Positions 1-10,231 of a DNA stretch of 64,000 nt are shown piece by piece. The notes under the pieces were generated by a model. It had not been told where the DNA came from. It saw nothing but the letters and a program-made list of their open reading frames with translations, and did no database searches. The stretch lies in NCBI GenBank assembly GCA_042571125.1, contig JBHPFU010000002.1:109878-173877 (forward strand), written 5' to 3'. The stretch's first letter is position 1; each line of letters opens with the position of its first letter. The stretch is from Nanobdellota archaeon (GTDB lineage Archaea; Nanobdellota; Nanobdellia; Woesearchaeales; UBA10107). Made by a program: the position numbers and the translations under genes.

Positions 1-3000
1 GCTATACAATCTATGCAAATGATACTTTAGGAAACCAAGTTAACCAATCAAGCAACTTTACAGTGCAAGATACTACTAAACCAGTAATATCGTTTGTTGC
101 GCCTACTACTTCAGCAGGAGCGCATAATCAAAATGAGATATTAGCGAATGCAACATCAGATAGTGTGGATCTAGATACAATAACAATTAACTTATTCAAT
201 TCCACATCAAACTTAATTAATTCAACAAGCTTAGCAGCATCCAATCTATTAGTCAACTTTAGTAATCTAGCTGAAGGAAGTTATTACCTGAATGCAACAG
301 CTAATGATACTGCAGGAAACCTTAACTACACTGAAACAAGAAATATTATTCTTGACAATACCTATCCAAGTATAACCTTTGAAAATCCAACCCCTTCATC
401 AGGAACGGTACAAAACATAAGTAGTCTTTTAATAAATGTTAGCGCCTCTGACACTAATTTCGCTAACATCACAACATATCTTTACAATGAAACTACGCAG
501 ATAAGTAAAGCCACTGTTAGTAATACTGTGCAATTCAGTAATTTCGTTGGCTTACCAAATGGAATATACTATTTCAATGCAACAGCATATGATGATGCGG
601 GAAACGTCAATTATACTGAAACAAGGAATGTAACAATAAATAGAAGCATTAATGCGCCTCCGTATTGGTCAAATCTAAATGAGATGCCTGGAGATCCGGC
701 AGATTATGTTCCAGATAAAACATATTATTTCAATATAACCTGGAATGACGATGAGGGAGTAGATTCTGTATGGATAGAATTTGATGGAGTAAACTACACA
801 AGCGAAGTTTACAACATATCTAATACTTATGTATTCAACAGAACTGGCCTAAGTGTTGGTGTACACAATTATACTTGGTATGCAAATGATACAAATAAGA
901 ACCTAACCAGCGCAAATGAAACATATACGCTTAATGCCCTGCCTAGTTACAGCTCAAATGGAAGTGTTGTTGATGAACAAGGAACAGTTCAAAATGCTTC
1001 ATATAAAATCTATAATTCAACAGGCCATCTTGTTTACTCAAGCGATATGTACTATACTTTCACATTTGAAGGTACGCAAAAGTATGATTTACTTGTGACA
1101 GCACACTATGATGATTACATTAGACAATATGAATTAAAAGGAATATTCAACAATACAAACAATACAAATCCAATTCAAGCCAGATTTAATAATATAACAA
1201 ACCATCACGTTGTAAATCCAACAACCTTGAATTTTGATGAATTAACAATAGAGCTTAGACCAGCTACAACAAACGGCATATTCTTTAAATGTAGCGGAAC
1301 ATATAATCTAACTACATCTATTTGTAGCGGAACTTGGGAGCCTTGGTTAAATGTTAAGAGTATTGATTATGAAAATTATACATTTACACCGGGAGATCCC
1401 GCATTAAGCGAAGCAAACGGAACATTCTTCGAAGATTGGGAAACAGGTAGCTTTGCAACAAATAACTGGACTAATGACGGCTGCTGGGCTATTGTAAATG
1501 ATGCTGCTAATGCTTATAGTGGAGATTATTATGCTGCATGTACTGTCAGCGGAACATATACTCTTTATGTAAATGTAAGTACAGCAGGATACGAGAATAT
1601 TAACATAAGCTTCTGGTATCAAAGTGATGGTTATTATGTAACAAGCTTTGCTGCGGATTACTGGAATGGAACAACCTGGCGTAACTTGTTCACAGATGCT
1701 CCTGTAGACAACATAGCTACATGGACAAATGTATTCAATACAACAGAATCTGATGCAGATGATAATGCTGATCTAAGATTAAGGTTTGTGCGTAATGGAG
1801 GAAATAACAGAGATATTTGGTTAGAAAATATCTTTGTGACTGGAACTGAGATAGACTACATCTCACCATCAGTCTCAACAATACAACCAACATCAGCAAA
1901 TGAAGATGTTGCTACAAATTACAATGCGACTGTTTCAGATAATGTTGGTGTAACTGCATGTAACTTGTTTATTGACGGAGCATTGAATGGTTCAATGGAT
2001 GTTAGCGGAACATTAGCAAATAGAAGTGTAACAATCACAACACCGGGAAGCTATCAGTTCCTAGCAAATTGTACTGACGCTGCTGGAAACTATAATGATA
2101 CATCGGTTACAAATGTAACAATTAATGATGTTACCGCTCCAACATGGAACGAGACTCCAACAAACAGACTATTAGAATTAGGGGCGCCTTTATATTATGA
2201 TGTGAATGCGAGTGATAATGTTGCTGTAGATGTATATTCAATAAATGATAATACTAACTTTACAATTAATCCAACAAACGGGATAATACAGAATAATACT
2301 GGATTATCGATAGGAACATATTCATTAAACATATCTGTGAATGATACTTCGAATAATGTTTTATCAGAAGTAATTAATGTGACTGTTCAGGATACTACAA
2401 AGCCATCAGTATCTACAATAGAACCGACAAATGTGAATGAGGATGTTTCAACAACATATAATGCTACTGTTTATGATTTGGATGGTGTTACATCATGTAA
2501 CTTGTATATCGATGGAACTCTGAATGGATCAATGAGTATAACTGGCGGTGTGTTGGCAGAAAGAACAGTAACAGTCACAACACCTGGAAGTTATCAGTTC
2601 CTTGCTAATTGTACAGATGCTACAGGCAATTATAATGATACTAGTACAACAACTGTTACAATTAATGATATTACTGCTCCGACTTGGGATGAAACTCCTC
2701 AGAATCAGATTGTTGGTCATGAAACAGACTTTAGCTATGATGTAAATGCATCAGATAATGTTGCGATTGATACTTACTCTGTTGATAATTCCAATTTCAG
2801 CATAAGTGGTGCAGGAGTAATTACAAATACAACACTATTAAGCGTAGGTGTACATTCATTGAATATTTCAGTTAATGATACATCTAACAACAAATTATCA
2901 GAAGTGATTACTGTAACTGTTCAGGATACTACAAAGCCATCAGTGTCTACAATAGAACCTACAAATGTGAATGAAGATGTATCTACAACATACAATGCTA

Positions 3001-6000
3001 CTGTTTATGATTTGGATGGTGTTACAACATGTAACTTGTTTATTGATGGAACTTTGAATGGATCAATGAGTATAACTGGCGGCGTGTTGGCCGAGAGAAC
3101 ATTAACAGTCACAACACCTGGAAGCTATCAGTTCCTAGCAAATTGTACAGATGCTACAGGCAATTATAATGATACTAGTACAACAACTGTGACAATTAAT
3201 GATATTACTGCTCCGACTTGGGATGAGACTCCTCAGAATCAGATTGCTGAGTATGGAACAGACTTTAGCTATGATGTGAATGCATCAGATAATGTTGCGA
3301 TTGATACTTACTCTGTTGATAATTCCAATTTCAGCATAAGTGGTGCAGGAGTAATTACAAATACAACACTATTAAGCGTAGGTGTACATTCATTGAATAT
3401 TTCAGTTAATGATACATCTAACAACAAATTATCAGAAGTGATTACTGTAACTGTTAATGATACAATCGCACCTGTAATAAGTAGTGTAACAACAGGCACA
3501 ATCACAAATGAAACAGGACAAATATTATGGAGCACTAATGAGAATGCAAATTCAACTGTTGATTATGGTTTAACAACTGCGCTAGGATCAAGTACCGGAA
3601 GCGGAACATTAGTAACTGCACATGATTTAACAATACTGAGCCTAACAAATAATACATTATATTATTATAATGTAACAAGCTGTGATGTGTACGGTTATTG
3701 TAGTATAGCTGGACCTTATAACTTTACAACAATTTCAAACATACCAGATACATCTGCTCCGATAATTGCAAATGTAAATCACAGCGGTGTAACAAACGAC
3801 TCTGCAATAATCAACTGGACAACTGATGATACATCCAACAGTACTGTCTACTACGGCGAAACAATTGCATTAGGATCAAGTACAAGCAGCGGAACATTAG
3901 TAACAACCCACAGCATAACATTAACTGGATTGACAAATGTAACATTATACTATTATAATGTAAGCTCATGCAATCAGTATGGAAATTGCAGTACAGATGG
4001 ATATTATAACTTTACAACAGAACAGAGTCCTGATGTACTTTCTCCGTCAGTATCAACAATACAACCAACATCTGCTGACGAAGATACAAGTACAACATAC
4101 AATGCTACTCTTTCGGATGTTGAAGGAGTTACATCATGTAATCTGTTCATAGATGGAACATTAAATGGTTCAATGACAATCTCAGGAGGAGTATTAGCAG
4201 AAAGAACTTTAACATTAACAACGCCTGGAAGTTATCAGTTCCTAGCTAATTGTTCGGATGCTGCTGGAAACTATAATGATACTAGCACAACAACTGTTAC
4301 AATTAATGATATCACAACACCTTCATTAGTTGTTAGTAGCCCAGTAGATGGCAACGGGTATACTGTAAATAATATCTCAATATATTACACTGTCTTAGAT
4401 AATGTTGGAGTAGATTCATGCTGGTACACAAACACAACGGGCCAGATTGTTAACTTAGTTGGATGTGCAAACACTTCCATCAATGTTACAGACGGAGATT
4501 GGAACATTACAGTATATGCTAATGATACAAGCAACAATATTAACAGTTCTCAGATATCCTTCTTAGTAGATACTGCAAATCCAGTAGTCAACTTTGTTTA
4601 TCCAACACCAGGAGATGGAACAGGGGTATCTGCAACAACAATAACAGTTAATGTTACTGCAGCTAATGGTCCTGCAAGCATAGATAGTTGTAAGTTAACA
4701 TTCAATAATACAGATTATTTAATGACAAAAATTGGAACAGGTTCTGCTGTTTCATGTAATTTCACATTAAGCGGATTAAGTGAAGGGTTCTATGTATATA
4801 ATGTGACTGCTAATGATACTCTTAACAACATTGGATACTCAGCTAACAGAAACGTAACAATTGATATTACTACACCAGAAGTAAGCACAATAGAACCAGT
4901 TAATGTTGACGAAGATGTTACAACTAATTACAACGCAACTGTTAGTGATAATTTAGGTATAACCTCCTGTAACTTATTCATAGATGGAACATTAAATGGT
5001 TCAATGACTGTTGCTGGCGGTTTAGCAGAAAGGACATTAAATGTTACAACGCCGGGAAGCTATCAGTTCCTTGCTAATTGTACTGATATTGCTGGCAATT
5101 ATAATGATACTAGCACAACAACTGTAACAATTAATGATATTACTGCTCCAGTAATGAGCAGCATATCTGAAAGTTCAATAACAACAAGTAGCGCGCATAT
5201 AACTTGGACAATAGATGAACTTGCAAATTCAACAGTAGAATACGGACTGACAAGCGGATTAGGAAGCATAGAATCAAGCCCAACATTAACAACAAGCCAC
5301 GATCTTACATTAACTAACCTAACCAATGGTACAGTATATTATTACAATGTAACAAGCTGTGATGCTGATGGTAATTGTGATACTCTTGGATTATATAACT
5401 TTACAACTGCAAATCCAACACCTCCAAGCACAGGCGGCGGAGGATCTCATGAAAGAATATGTAATGAAAACTGGAATTGTACAGAATGGAATGAATGTTC
5501 TGTGAATGGATTAAGAACAAGAGCATGTACTGAGTTAAGCGGATGCGGAACTTATCTATATAGACCAATTATGTTTGAATACTGTGAACCAGAAGAGATT
5601 CCTAGCGGGGAAATAGTTCCAACAGTACCTGAAGAAGAAATTTCTGAGGAAGTTCCAGTTGTGGAAGTTCCAGCACCTAGACCTATTAAGAAAATAATAA
5701 CTTGGTCTCTTTTATTCTTAGTTCTTGCTACACTAATAACTTATGGAGCAATACGCAGACAAGCAATCTATGCAGGAACTGAAGCAGTAATTGAAGAGTT
5801 AAAAGGATTGGGAAGATTGTATGGTGCTGGTCGTAAAAAACGTAAAGAAGAGGAAGTAGTAAAAGTAGTTCAAAGAAGAGATATATTTAAAGAAGGAATA
5901 AAATCACGAGCTCAAAAAACAAAAGAATTTGTAATACACACAGAACAATCTGCAGTAAAGATATTAAGAGATTATTTGAGAGGCATCGAACATGCAGCTT

Positions 6001-7880
6001 ACACAGTAGGATCATGGTGGGGAGCAGCTAAAGTCAAAGAACGTGAATTAGCTAAAATCTTAAAAGCAAAAGCAAGACGTACTGGACGCGTTATTGAGAA
6101 AGATGCAGAAAAAATAATTGAAAAAGAACACGAATTTGCTTCTGATATAAGGAACAAAGTTAAGGGAGAGATAAAAGTAATTATAGGCATCTACAATAAA
6201 GATAAGGCTAAAGCAGTTAAAGCAGCACATGATCTAAAAATTTCCACCAGAAGAAAAGCAAGACACGCAGGAAGAGAGGTTTCTGGATTTGTTGAATCTA
6301 TTAAAGATAAATTCATTACAGAGGAGCATGAACTTGCTACAAAAACAAGAAAAACAATCGGGCACATGGGCTTTGCTCTTGAAAGAGCAGAGGAAAAGAT
6401 CTATGAAAGAGTCGCAGAAAATGTATTGGGCGTAATGCACTCACTAGTTCTTGCTTCCAGGAGAGCAGGACACAAACTTGAAGTTGCAAAACTAAGAGAA
6501 GAAGAATTTGTAAAGAACACAAGACATGAGATAAGCGGTGAAATCAAGCATATCAAAAGCATCTTAAGAAAAGGCGTAACAGAAGCAGAAAATGAATGGG
6601 AGCTTACGAAAAAGAGGGAGCATGAATTTGTTCTAGCTTCAAGAAGATTCATCAAAGGACAGCTAAAGCATGCTGCGTCTGCAATAGAAAAAGGAAAAGA
6701 TTCTGCTAATCAAAGAAGAAAAAAGATCATAGGAGATCTTAAGAATCAATTTATGATAACAGGAGAAGCAATAAGAGATAGAGAACATGATGTTGTCAAA
6801 AGGATCAGAGCTGAAGTAAGGCACGATAAGCATGAATTGCAGAAGAGAAAAGATGCTATAGCAAATAGAGCTCATGAAGTTGCTAAAGGAATCAGATATT
6901 CAGAACATGAACTAGTTAATAATTTAAAAGCTAAAGGAAGAGGAATAAAGCATCAATTCCTAAAAACAGGAGAAGCAATAAGAGAAACAGAGCATGAAAT
7001 TGCTAAGAGAACAAGAGCTGAAATAAGACACGAGAAGCACGAGTTACATAAGAGTAAGGATGCGATATCTAGTAGGGCTCATGAAATCGTTCAAGGAATA
7101 AAAAATAGGAAGCATGAAATTGCTGAAGGAGTTAGAGCTGAAATAAGACATGAGCAACATAAGTTACAAGAAAGAAGGGACGCAGTAAAAGATAGAGCTC
7201 ATGAAGTTGCTGAAGGAATAAGAGATGAACGGCATGAAATTGCTAAGGGAATCAAAGCAGAGATAAGACATGAGAAGCATGAATTAGAGAAGAAAAAGAA
7301 TGCCGTAAAAGATAGAGTTAATGCGGTCATCAAAAGAATAAAAGATAGGAAGCATGAAATTGCTGAAGGAGTTGGAGCTGAAATAGGACATGAGCAACAT
7401 AAGTTACAAGAAAGAAGGGACGCAGTAAAAGATAGAGCTCATGAAATCGTTCAAGGAGTAAAAGATGAACGGCATGAAATTGCTAAAGGTATCAAAGAAG
7501 AGATAAGACATGAGAAGCATGAACTGCAGAAGAGAAAAGATGCTATAGCGGGCAGGGCTCATGAAATCGTTCAAGGAGTAAAATATGAACAACATGAACT
7601 TGCCAAGAGAACAAGAGCTGAAATAAGGCATGAGAAGCATGAATTAGAAAAGAGAAAGAATGCAATACAAGACAATATACAAAATGTCAAGAGCGTAGCT
7701 AAAAAAGACACAGAGCTTGTTAAAGCGTCAGGTGCTGCAGCTAAAGAAAGCGCAAAGTTATTCGGAAGTGTAATATCAACTATTGCTTCAGATATATCCG
7801 GAATATTCACTAAGAAAACAAGAACTAAAAATCAAAAAGAATATCTTTTGAAAAAGTTAAAAGGAGCGTATAAGATATGA
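1..7880 (+). CDS. Giant surface protein, 5'-partial at the window edge (more than 2630 aa). It has a sequon-rich extracellular region with repeated roughly 95-aa modules and FN3-like modules, a Cys-rich stalk, one transmembrane helix near nt 5695-5756, and a roughly 650-aa His/Glu/Lys/Arg-rich repetitive tail.
   Basis: The reading frame is open back to nt 3 and the upstream residues match the internal repeat motif FTVQDTTKP. There are very many NxS/T sequons. The module VSTIEPTNVNEDV..CNLFIDGTLNGSM..PGSYQFLANCTD occurs about 5 times. A hydrophobic segment IITWSLLFLVLATLITYGAI is present. The tail repeats RAHEIVQGVKDERHEIAKGIKEEIRHEKHEL about 16 times. Confidence 0.85.
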   Translation, partial: YTIYANDTLGNQVNQSSNFTVQDTTKPVISFVAPTTSAGAHNQNEILANATSDSVDLDTITINLFNSTSNLINSTSLAASNLLVNFSNLAEGSYYLNATANDTAGNLNYTETRNIILDNTYPSITFENPTPSSGTVQNISSLLINVSASDTNFANITTYLYNETTQISKATVSNTVQFSNFVGLPNGIYYFNATAYDDAGNVNYTETRNVTINRSINAPPYWSNLNEMPGDPADYVPDKTYYFNITWNDDEGVDSVWIEFDGVNYTSEVYNISNTYVFNRTGLSVGVHNYTWYANDTNKNLTSANETYTLNALPSYSSNGSVVDEQGTVQNASYKIYNSTGHLVYSSDMYYTFTFEGTQKYDLLVTAHYDDYIRQYELKGIFNNTNNTNPIQARFNNITNHHVVNPTTLNFDELTIELRPATTNGIFFKCSGTYNLTTSICSGTWEPWLNVKSIDYENYTFTPGDPALSEANGTFFEDWETGSFATNNWTNDGCWAIVNDAANAYSGDYYAACTVSGTYTLYVNVSTAGYENINISFWYQSDGYYVTSFAADYWNGTTWRNLFTDAPVDNIATWTNVFNTTESDADDNADLRLRFVRNGGNNRDIWLENIFVTGTEIDYISPSVSTIQPTSANEDVATNYNATVSDNVGVTACNLFIDGALNGSMDVSGTLANRSVTITTPGSYQFLANCTDAAGNYNDTSVTNVTINDVTAPTWNETPTNRLLELGAPLYYDVNASDNVAVDVYSINDNTNFTINPTNGIIQNNTGLSIGTYSLNISVNDTSNNVLSEVINVTVQDTTKPSVSTIEPTNVNEDVSTTYNATVYDLDGVTSCNLYIDGTLNGSMSITGGVLAERTVTVTTPGSYQFLANCTDATGNYNDTSTTTVTINDITAPTWDETPQNQIVGHETDFSYDVNASDNVAIDTYSVDNSNFSISGAGVITNTTLLSVGVHSLNISVNDTSNNKLSEVITVTVQDTTKPSVSTIEPTNVNEDVSTTYNATVYDLDGVTTCNLFIDGTLNGSMSITGGVLAERTLTVTTPGSYQFLANCTDATGNYNDTSTTTVTINDITAPTWDETPQNQIAEYGTDFSYDVNASDNVAIDTYSVDNSNFSISGAGVITNTTLLSVGVHSLNISVNDTSNNKLSEVITVTVNDTIAPVISSVTTGTITNETGQILWSTNENANSTVDYGLTTALGSSTGSGTLVTAHDLTILSLTNNTLYYYNVTSCDVYGYCSIAGPYNFTTISNIPDTSAPIIANVNHSGVTNDSAIINWTTDDTSNSTVYYGETIALGSSTSSGTLVTTHSITLTGLTNVTLYYYNVSSCNQYGNCSTDGYYNFTTEQSPDVLSPSVSTIQPTSADEDTSTTYNATLSDVEGVTSCNLFIDGTLNGSMTISGGVLAERTLTLTTPGSYQFLANCSDAAGNYNDTSTTTVTINDITTPSLVVSSPVDGNGYTVNNISIYYTVLDNVGVDSCWYTNTTGQIVNLVGCANTSINVTDGDWNITVYANDTSNNINSSQISFLVDTANPVVNFVYPTPGDGTGVSATTITVNVTAANGPASIDSCKLTFNNTDYLMTKIGTGSAVSCNFTLSGLSEGFYVYNVTANDTLNNIGYSANRNVTIDITTPEVSTIEPVNVDEDVTTNYNATVSDNLGITSCNLFIDGTLNGSMTVAGGLAERTLNVTTPGSYQFLANCTDIAGNYNDTSTTTVTINDITAPVMSSISESSITTSSAHITWTIDELANSTVEYGLTSGLGSIESSPTLTTSHDLTLTNLTNGTVYYYNVTSCDADGNCDTLGLYNFTTANPTPPSTGGGGSHERICNENWNCTEWNECSVNGLRTRACTELSGCGTYLYRPIMFEYCEPEEIPSGEIVPTVPEEEISEEVPVVEVPAPRPIKKIITWSLLFLVLATLITYGAIRRQAIYAGTEAVIEELKGLGRLYGAGRKKRKEEEVVKVVQRRDIFKEGIKSRAQKTKEFVIHTEQSAVKILRDYLRGIEHAAYTVGSWWGAAKVKERELAKILKAKARRTGRVIEKDAEKIIEKEHEFASDIRNKVKGEIKVIIGIYNKDKAKAVKAAHDLKISTRRKARHAGREVSGFVESIKDKFITEEHELATKTRKTIGHMGFALERAEEKIYERVAENVLGVMHSLVLASRRAGHKLEVAKLREEEFVKNTRHEISGEIKHIKSILRKGVTEAENEWELTKKREHEFVLASRRFIKGQLKHAASAIEKGKDSANQRRKKIIGDLKNQFMITGEAIRDREHDVVKRIRAEVRHDKHELQKRKDAIANRAHEVAKGIRYSEHELVNNLKAKGRGIKHQFLKTGEAIRETEHEIAKRTRAEIRHEKHELHKSKDAISSRAHEIVQGIKNRKHEIAEGVRAEIRHEQHKLQERRDAVKDRAHEVAEGIRDERHEIAKGIKAEIRHEKHELEKKKNAVKDRVNAVIKRIKDRKHEIAEGVGAEIGHEQHKLQERRDAVKDRAHEIVQGVKDERHEIAKGIKEEIRHEKHELQKRKDAIAGRAHEIVQGVKYEQHELAKRTRAEIRHEKHELEKRKNAIQDNIQNVKSVAKKDTELVKASGAAAKESAKLFGSVISTIASDISGIFTKKTRTKNQKEYLLKKLKGAYKI
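2386..3455. repeat. Two near-identical tandem DNA repeats of about 535 bp inside the giant gene, each encoding a roughly 180-aa repeat unit. More diverged copies start near 1861, 4040 and 4870.
   Basis: Direct comparison of 2386-2920 against 2918-3455 shows long identical runs, for example gttcaggatactacaaagccatcagt...ccgacttgggatga. Confidence 0.8.
6770..7680. repeat. Tandem repeats of about 111 bp (37 aa) encoding the His/Glu-rich tail of the giant protein.
   Basis: An almost identical roughly 95-nt block (aagcatgaaattgctgaaggagtt..gctgaaata..acatgagcaacataagttacaagaaagaagggacgcagtaaaagatagagctcatgaa) occurs at about 7115-7210 and again at about 7355-7450. Related copies occur throughout. 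Confidence 0.75.
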
Positions 7881-7941
7881 TAAAAACGAAAGAATTAAAA
7901 AAGAAAAAGATATTAAACAATCTTAGAGAGGTGTATGTGCT

Positions 7942-8739
7942 ATGGGCAAGACAATAGGCATTATTGCGATAAAAGGTGGTGTTGGAAAAACAACAACGGT
8001 TTCTAATCTGGGAGCGGTTCTAGCGAGTGAATTTAATAAAAAAGTTCTATTAGTTGATGCTAATTTCAGTGCACCGAACCTGGGGCTACACTTAGGCATA
8101 GTTGATCCTGCAAAAACACTTCACGATGTAATTGAAAACAAGGCAACAATACACGAAGCAGTACAGGAACACGATCATGGCTTCCACATCATCCCCTCCT
8201 CATTAGTTCATAAGAAAATTAATCCATTTAAACTAAAAAATAGACTGGCGTCAATCAAAAAAAACTATGATGTTATACTTGTTGACTCCTCTCCAACATT
8301 AAACGAGGAGATTTTAGCGACTATGCTTGCTTCTGATGAGCTTTATGTTGTAACAAGTGCAGACTATCCAACACTTAGCTGTACAATGAGTGCGGTTAAG
8401 CTGGCAAAAGAAAGAAAAACACCAATAAGCGGGCTTATTATCAATAAGACTAGAGGGGAAAAGTTCGAACTAAGCTTAACTGAAATAGAAGAATCAACAG
8501 GGATCCCGGTTTTAGCAGTTATTCCTGATGACATAAAGGTTTTGGAAGCACTATCTGAAACAAAATCTGCTGCTCTTCATGCTCCAAAAAAGGATTTTGC
8601 TATTGAATATAAAAAATTGGCAGGATTTTTAGTGGGGGAAGAGTATAAAGACAAAAGATTAAAGACAAAAGTAAAAGATTTCTTTTTAACAAACCACGAT
8701 GTTCCTAAGCAAAACATAAACAGGATATTAAAAGAATGA
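7942..8739 (+). CDS. MinD/ParA-family P-loop ATPase.
   Basis: Deviant Walker A motif IKGGVGKTTT and a ParA-like sequence layout. The protein is 265 aa. Confidence 0.85.
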   Translation: MGKTIGIIAIKGGVGKTTTVSNLGAVLASEFNKKVLLVDANFSAPNLGLHLGIVDPAKTLHDVIENKATIHEAVQEHDHGFHIIPSSLVHKKINPFKLKNRLASIKKNYDVILVDSSPTLNEEILATMLASDELYVVTSADYPTLSCTMSAVKLAKERKTPISGLIINKTRGEKFELSLTEIEESTGIPVLAVIPDDIKVLEALSETKSAALHAPKKDFAIEYKKLAGFLVGEEYKDKRLKTKVKDFFLTNHDVPKQNINRILKE

Positions 8740-9059
8740 GGGCTCAAGCATCTATTAAGATTGTTAGCGGAATTGTAGTAGTTTTGTTGGTATTTCTTAT
8801 AGTGTTTACACTAAAAGAAGGCCCCAATCTAACAGGCTACGTTAGTTCGGATGTTTCTGAAGAAGTAAAAGCATGTTACCTTTCAACAGAATCTGGGCTG
8901 ATTCCGATGTCTGATCTGGCTGATTGCTGCACCTCATTAAAGAACGCAGTAGGCTGTCAGAAGTACGTTTCTGATGAACTGGCTGATGACCTATATAAGT
9001 GCAAATCAAAGCGTATAATCGTCGCAAATAAGGCTCTAATCGACTTCTGCATGGGATAA
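8736..9059 (+). CDS. Small membrane-anchored Cys-rich protein, translationally coupled to the MinD-like gene.
   Basis: An ATGA start/stop overlap. The N-terminus has the hydrophobic helix IVSGIVVVLLVFLIVF, followed by a domain with 6 Cys. Confidence 0.5.
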   Translation: MRAQASIKIVSGIVVVLLVFLIVFTLKEGPNLTGYVSSDVSEEVKACYLSTESGLIPMSDLADCCTSLKNAVGCQKYVSDELADDLYKCKSKRIIVANKALIDFCMG

Positions 9060-9166
9060 ACCGCGGTTTTAGCTTATTTATTCTATATTTAATATCGTCC
9101 CTTATTAGTAGTATCTAATCGAAAGATTTATATATTAGTTCTTAGTTACTTATAAGTGATAACAAA

Positions 9167-9532
9167 ATGGATAAACCACTAATTAAACCGGAAACTGTAG
9201 GAGAAGAATTCTATCTAAACTTGAATAGTGGGCAGGCTACAAACGGCAGTCTTGCACGCGAAAAATATCATACTCACGTTATTAGAGAGGTTGCTCCAGA
9301 CATATATGGTTTATTCCAAAAAGAACAAGGTAAAGAAACACCAATAAAAGTTTGGCGTTTAAATGTTAATGATGAGGGTCACCTTCGTACTAATGACGAA
9401 TACCACAACTGGCACGATATTGAAGCAGTGGATAAGATGTACAAACCTGCACCTATGTTTACAGATTCATTAAGAGAAATTGTAAGAAGTTGGAGACCTA
9501 AGCCTTCATTAGACAGAGTTAAATCTAGGTGA
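9167..9532 (+). CDS. Hypothetical protein (121 aa).
   Basis: ORF with a TATA-like element about 30 bp upstream. No recognisable motif. Confidence 0.45.
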   Translation: MDKPLIKPETVGEEFYLNLNSGQATNGSLAREKYHTHVIREVAPDIYGLFQKEQGKETPIKVWRLNVNDEGHLRTNDEYHNWHDIEAVDKMYKPAPMFTDSLREIVRSWRPKPSLDRVKSR

Positions 9533-9536
9533 ATAA

Positions 9537-9746
9537 ATGATTGAGATGGAAACTGCAGAGGGAAGAGTATTAGTCTTTGAGACAGATCAATCTAAAGTCA
9601 AGAGAAAATTAAAAGAAATTGTTGGAGATAATAAAAGATACATGAGATTTTCAACTTGGCCAAAGAATCATTATTCTGAAATCGCAAGATCAACAAAAAG
9701 AGAAGAGGAAAAAGAATTCAAAGATTATTTCATGAACCAAAACTGA
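9537..9746 (+). CDS. Hypothetical small protein (69 aa).
   Basis: ORF starting 5 nt after the upstream stop, on the same strand as the cluster. Confidence 0.4.
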   Translation: MIEMETAEGRVLVFETDQSKVKRKLKEIVGDNKRYMRFSTWPKNHYSEIARSTKREEEKEFKDYFMNQN

Positions 9747-9754
9747 GGTAAAAA

Positions 9755-9895
9755 ATGGATTTATTCGATGATTATGAGGACGATAAAACAGTACTAAACG
9801 AAATAGACGATAAAAAAACAAAAACATTCAGAAGTATGCTTAACAGAAAGAACGTATCTGGAGAAGAGCTGGATGAAATGTTCATAGGTATGTAA
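9755..9895 (+). CDS. Small acidic ORF (46 aa) not in the ORF track, preceded by a Shine-Dalgarno sequence.
   Basis: TGAGGT lies 5 nt upstream of the ATG. Translation is MDLFDDYEDDKTVLNEIDDKKTKTFRSMLNRKNVSGEELDEMFIGM. Confidence 0.35.
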   Translation: MDLFDDYEDDKTVLNEIDDKKTKTFRSMLNRKNVSGEELDEMFIGM

Positions 9896-9905
9896 AATAA
9901 TTAAA

Positions 9906-10193
9906 ATGGATAAAGTAAATTTCTATACTTGGTTTGAAGATAAAGGGGAACTCTTTGCTAGATGTTACGATAAAATATGCGGAGATAAACCTGTAGAAGA
10001 AAAAACACAAGAAGATCTGATGAATGCTTTAGGTCTTTGGAAAAGAGCAACAAATAAAGACGCAGAAGTAATTCATGAGAACGACATTGTTCGTTCAATT
10101 GTTGAAAAAGGTCAAGAAACTCAATATCGTAAAGATAAAAAAGAATACAATCTCGAACTAATATTTAGTACAGAAGGAGCGAGTGTAAACTAA
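9906..10193 (+). CDS. Hypothetical protein (95 aa).
   Basis: ORF in the same-strand cluster. No motif recognised. Confidence 0.4.
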   Translation: MDKVNFYTWFEDKGELFARCYDKICGDKPVEEKTQEDLMNALGLWKRATNKDAEVIHENDIVRSIVEKGQETQYRKDKKEYNLELIFSTEGASVN

Positions 10194-10231
10194 TCACAAT
10201 ATTTAAAAACTAACTAATTCTTTCTTTATTT

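Noticed and set aside
7020-7640. An HExxH zincin motif in the His-rich tail repeats.
   Set aside because: The repeats read RHEKHEL and HEIAEG, which do not fit HExxH spacing. This is a compositional repeat, not a protease motif.
916-7810. Numerous 60-90-aa ORFs on both strands inside the giant gene, for example 1404-1622, 2529-2720, 5099-5326 and 6234-7810.
   Set aside because: All are embedded in, or antisense to, the long well-supported repeat-protein frame. Their low-complexity translations arise from repeat DNA and are spurious.
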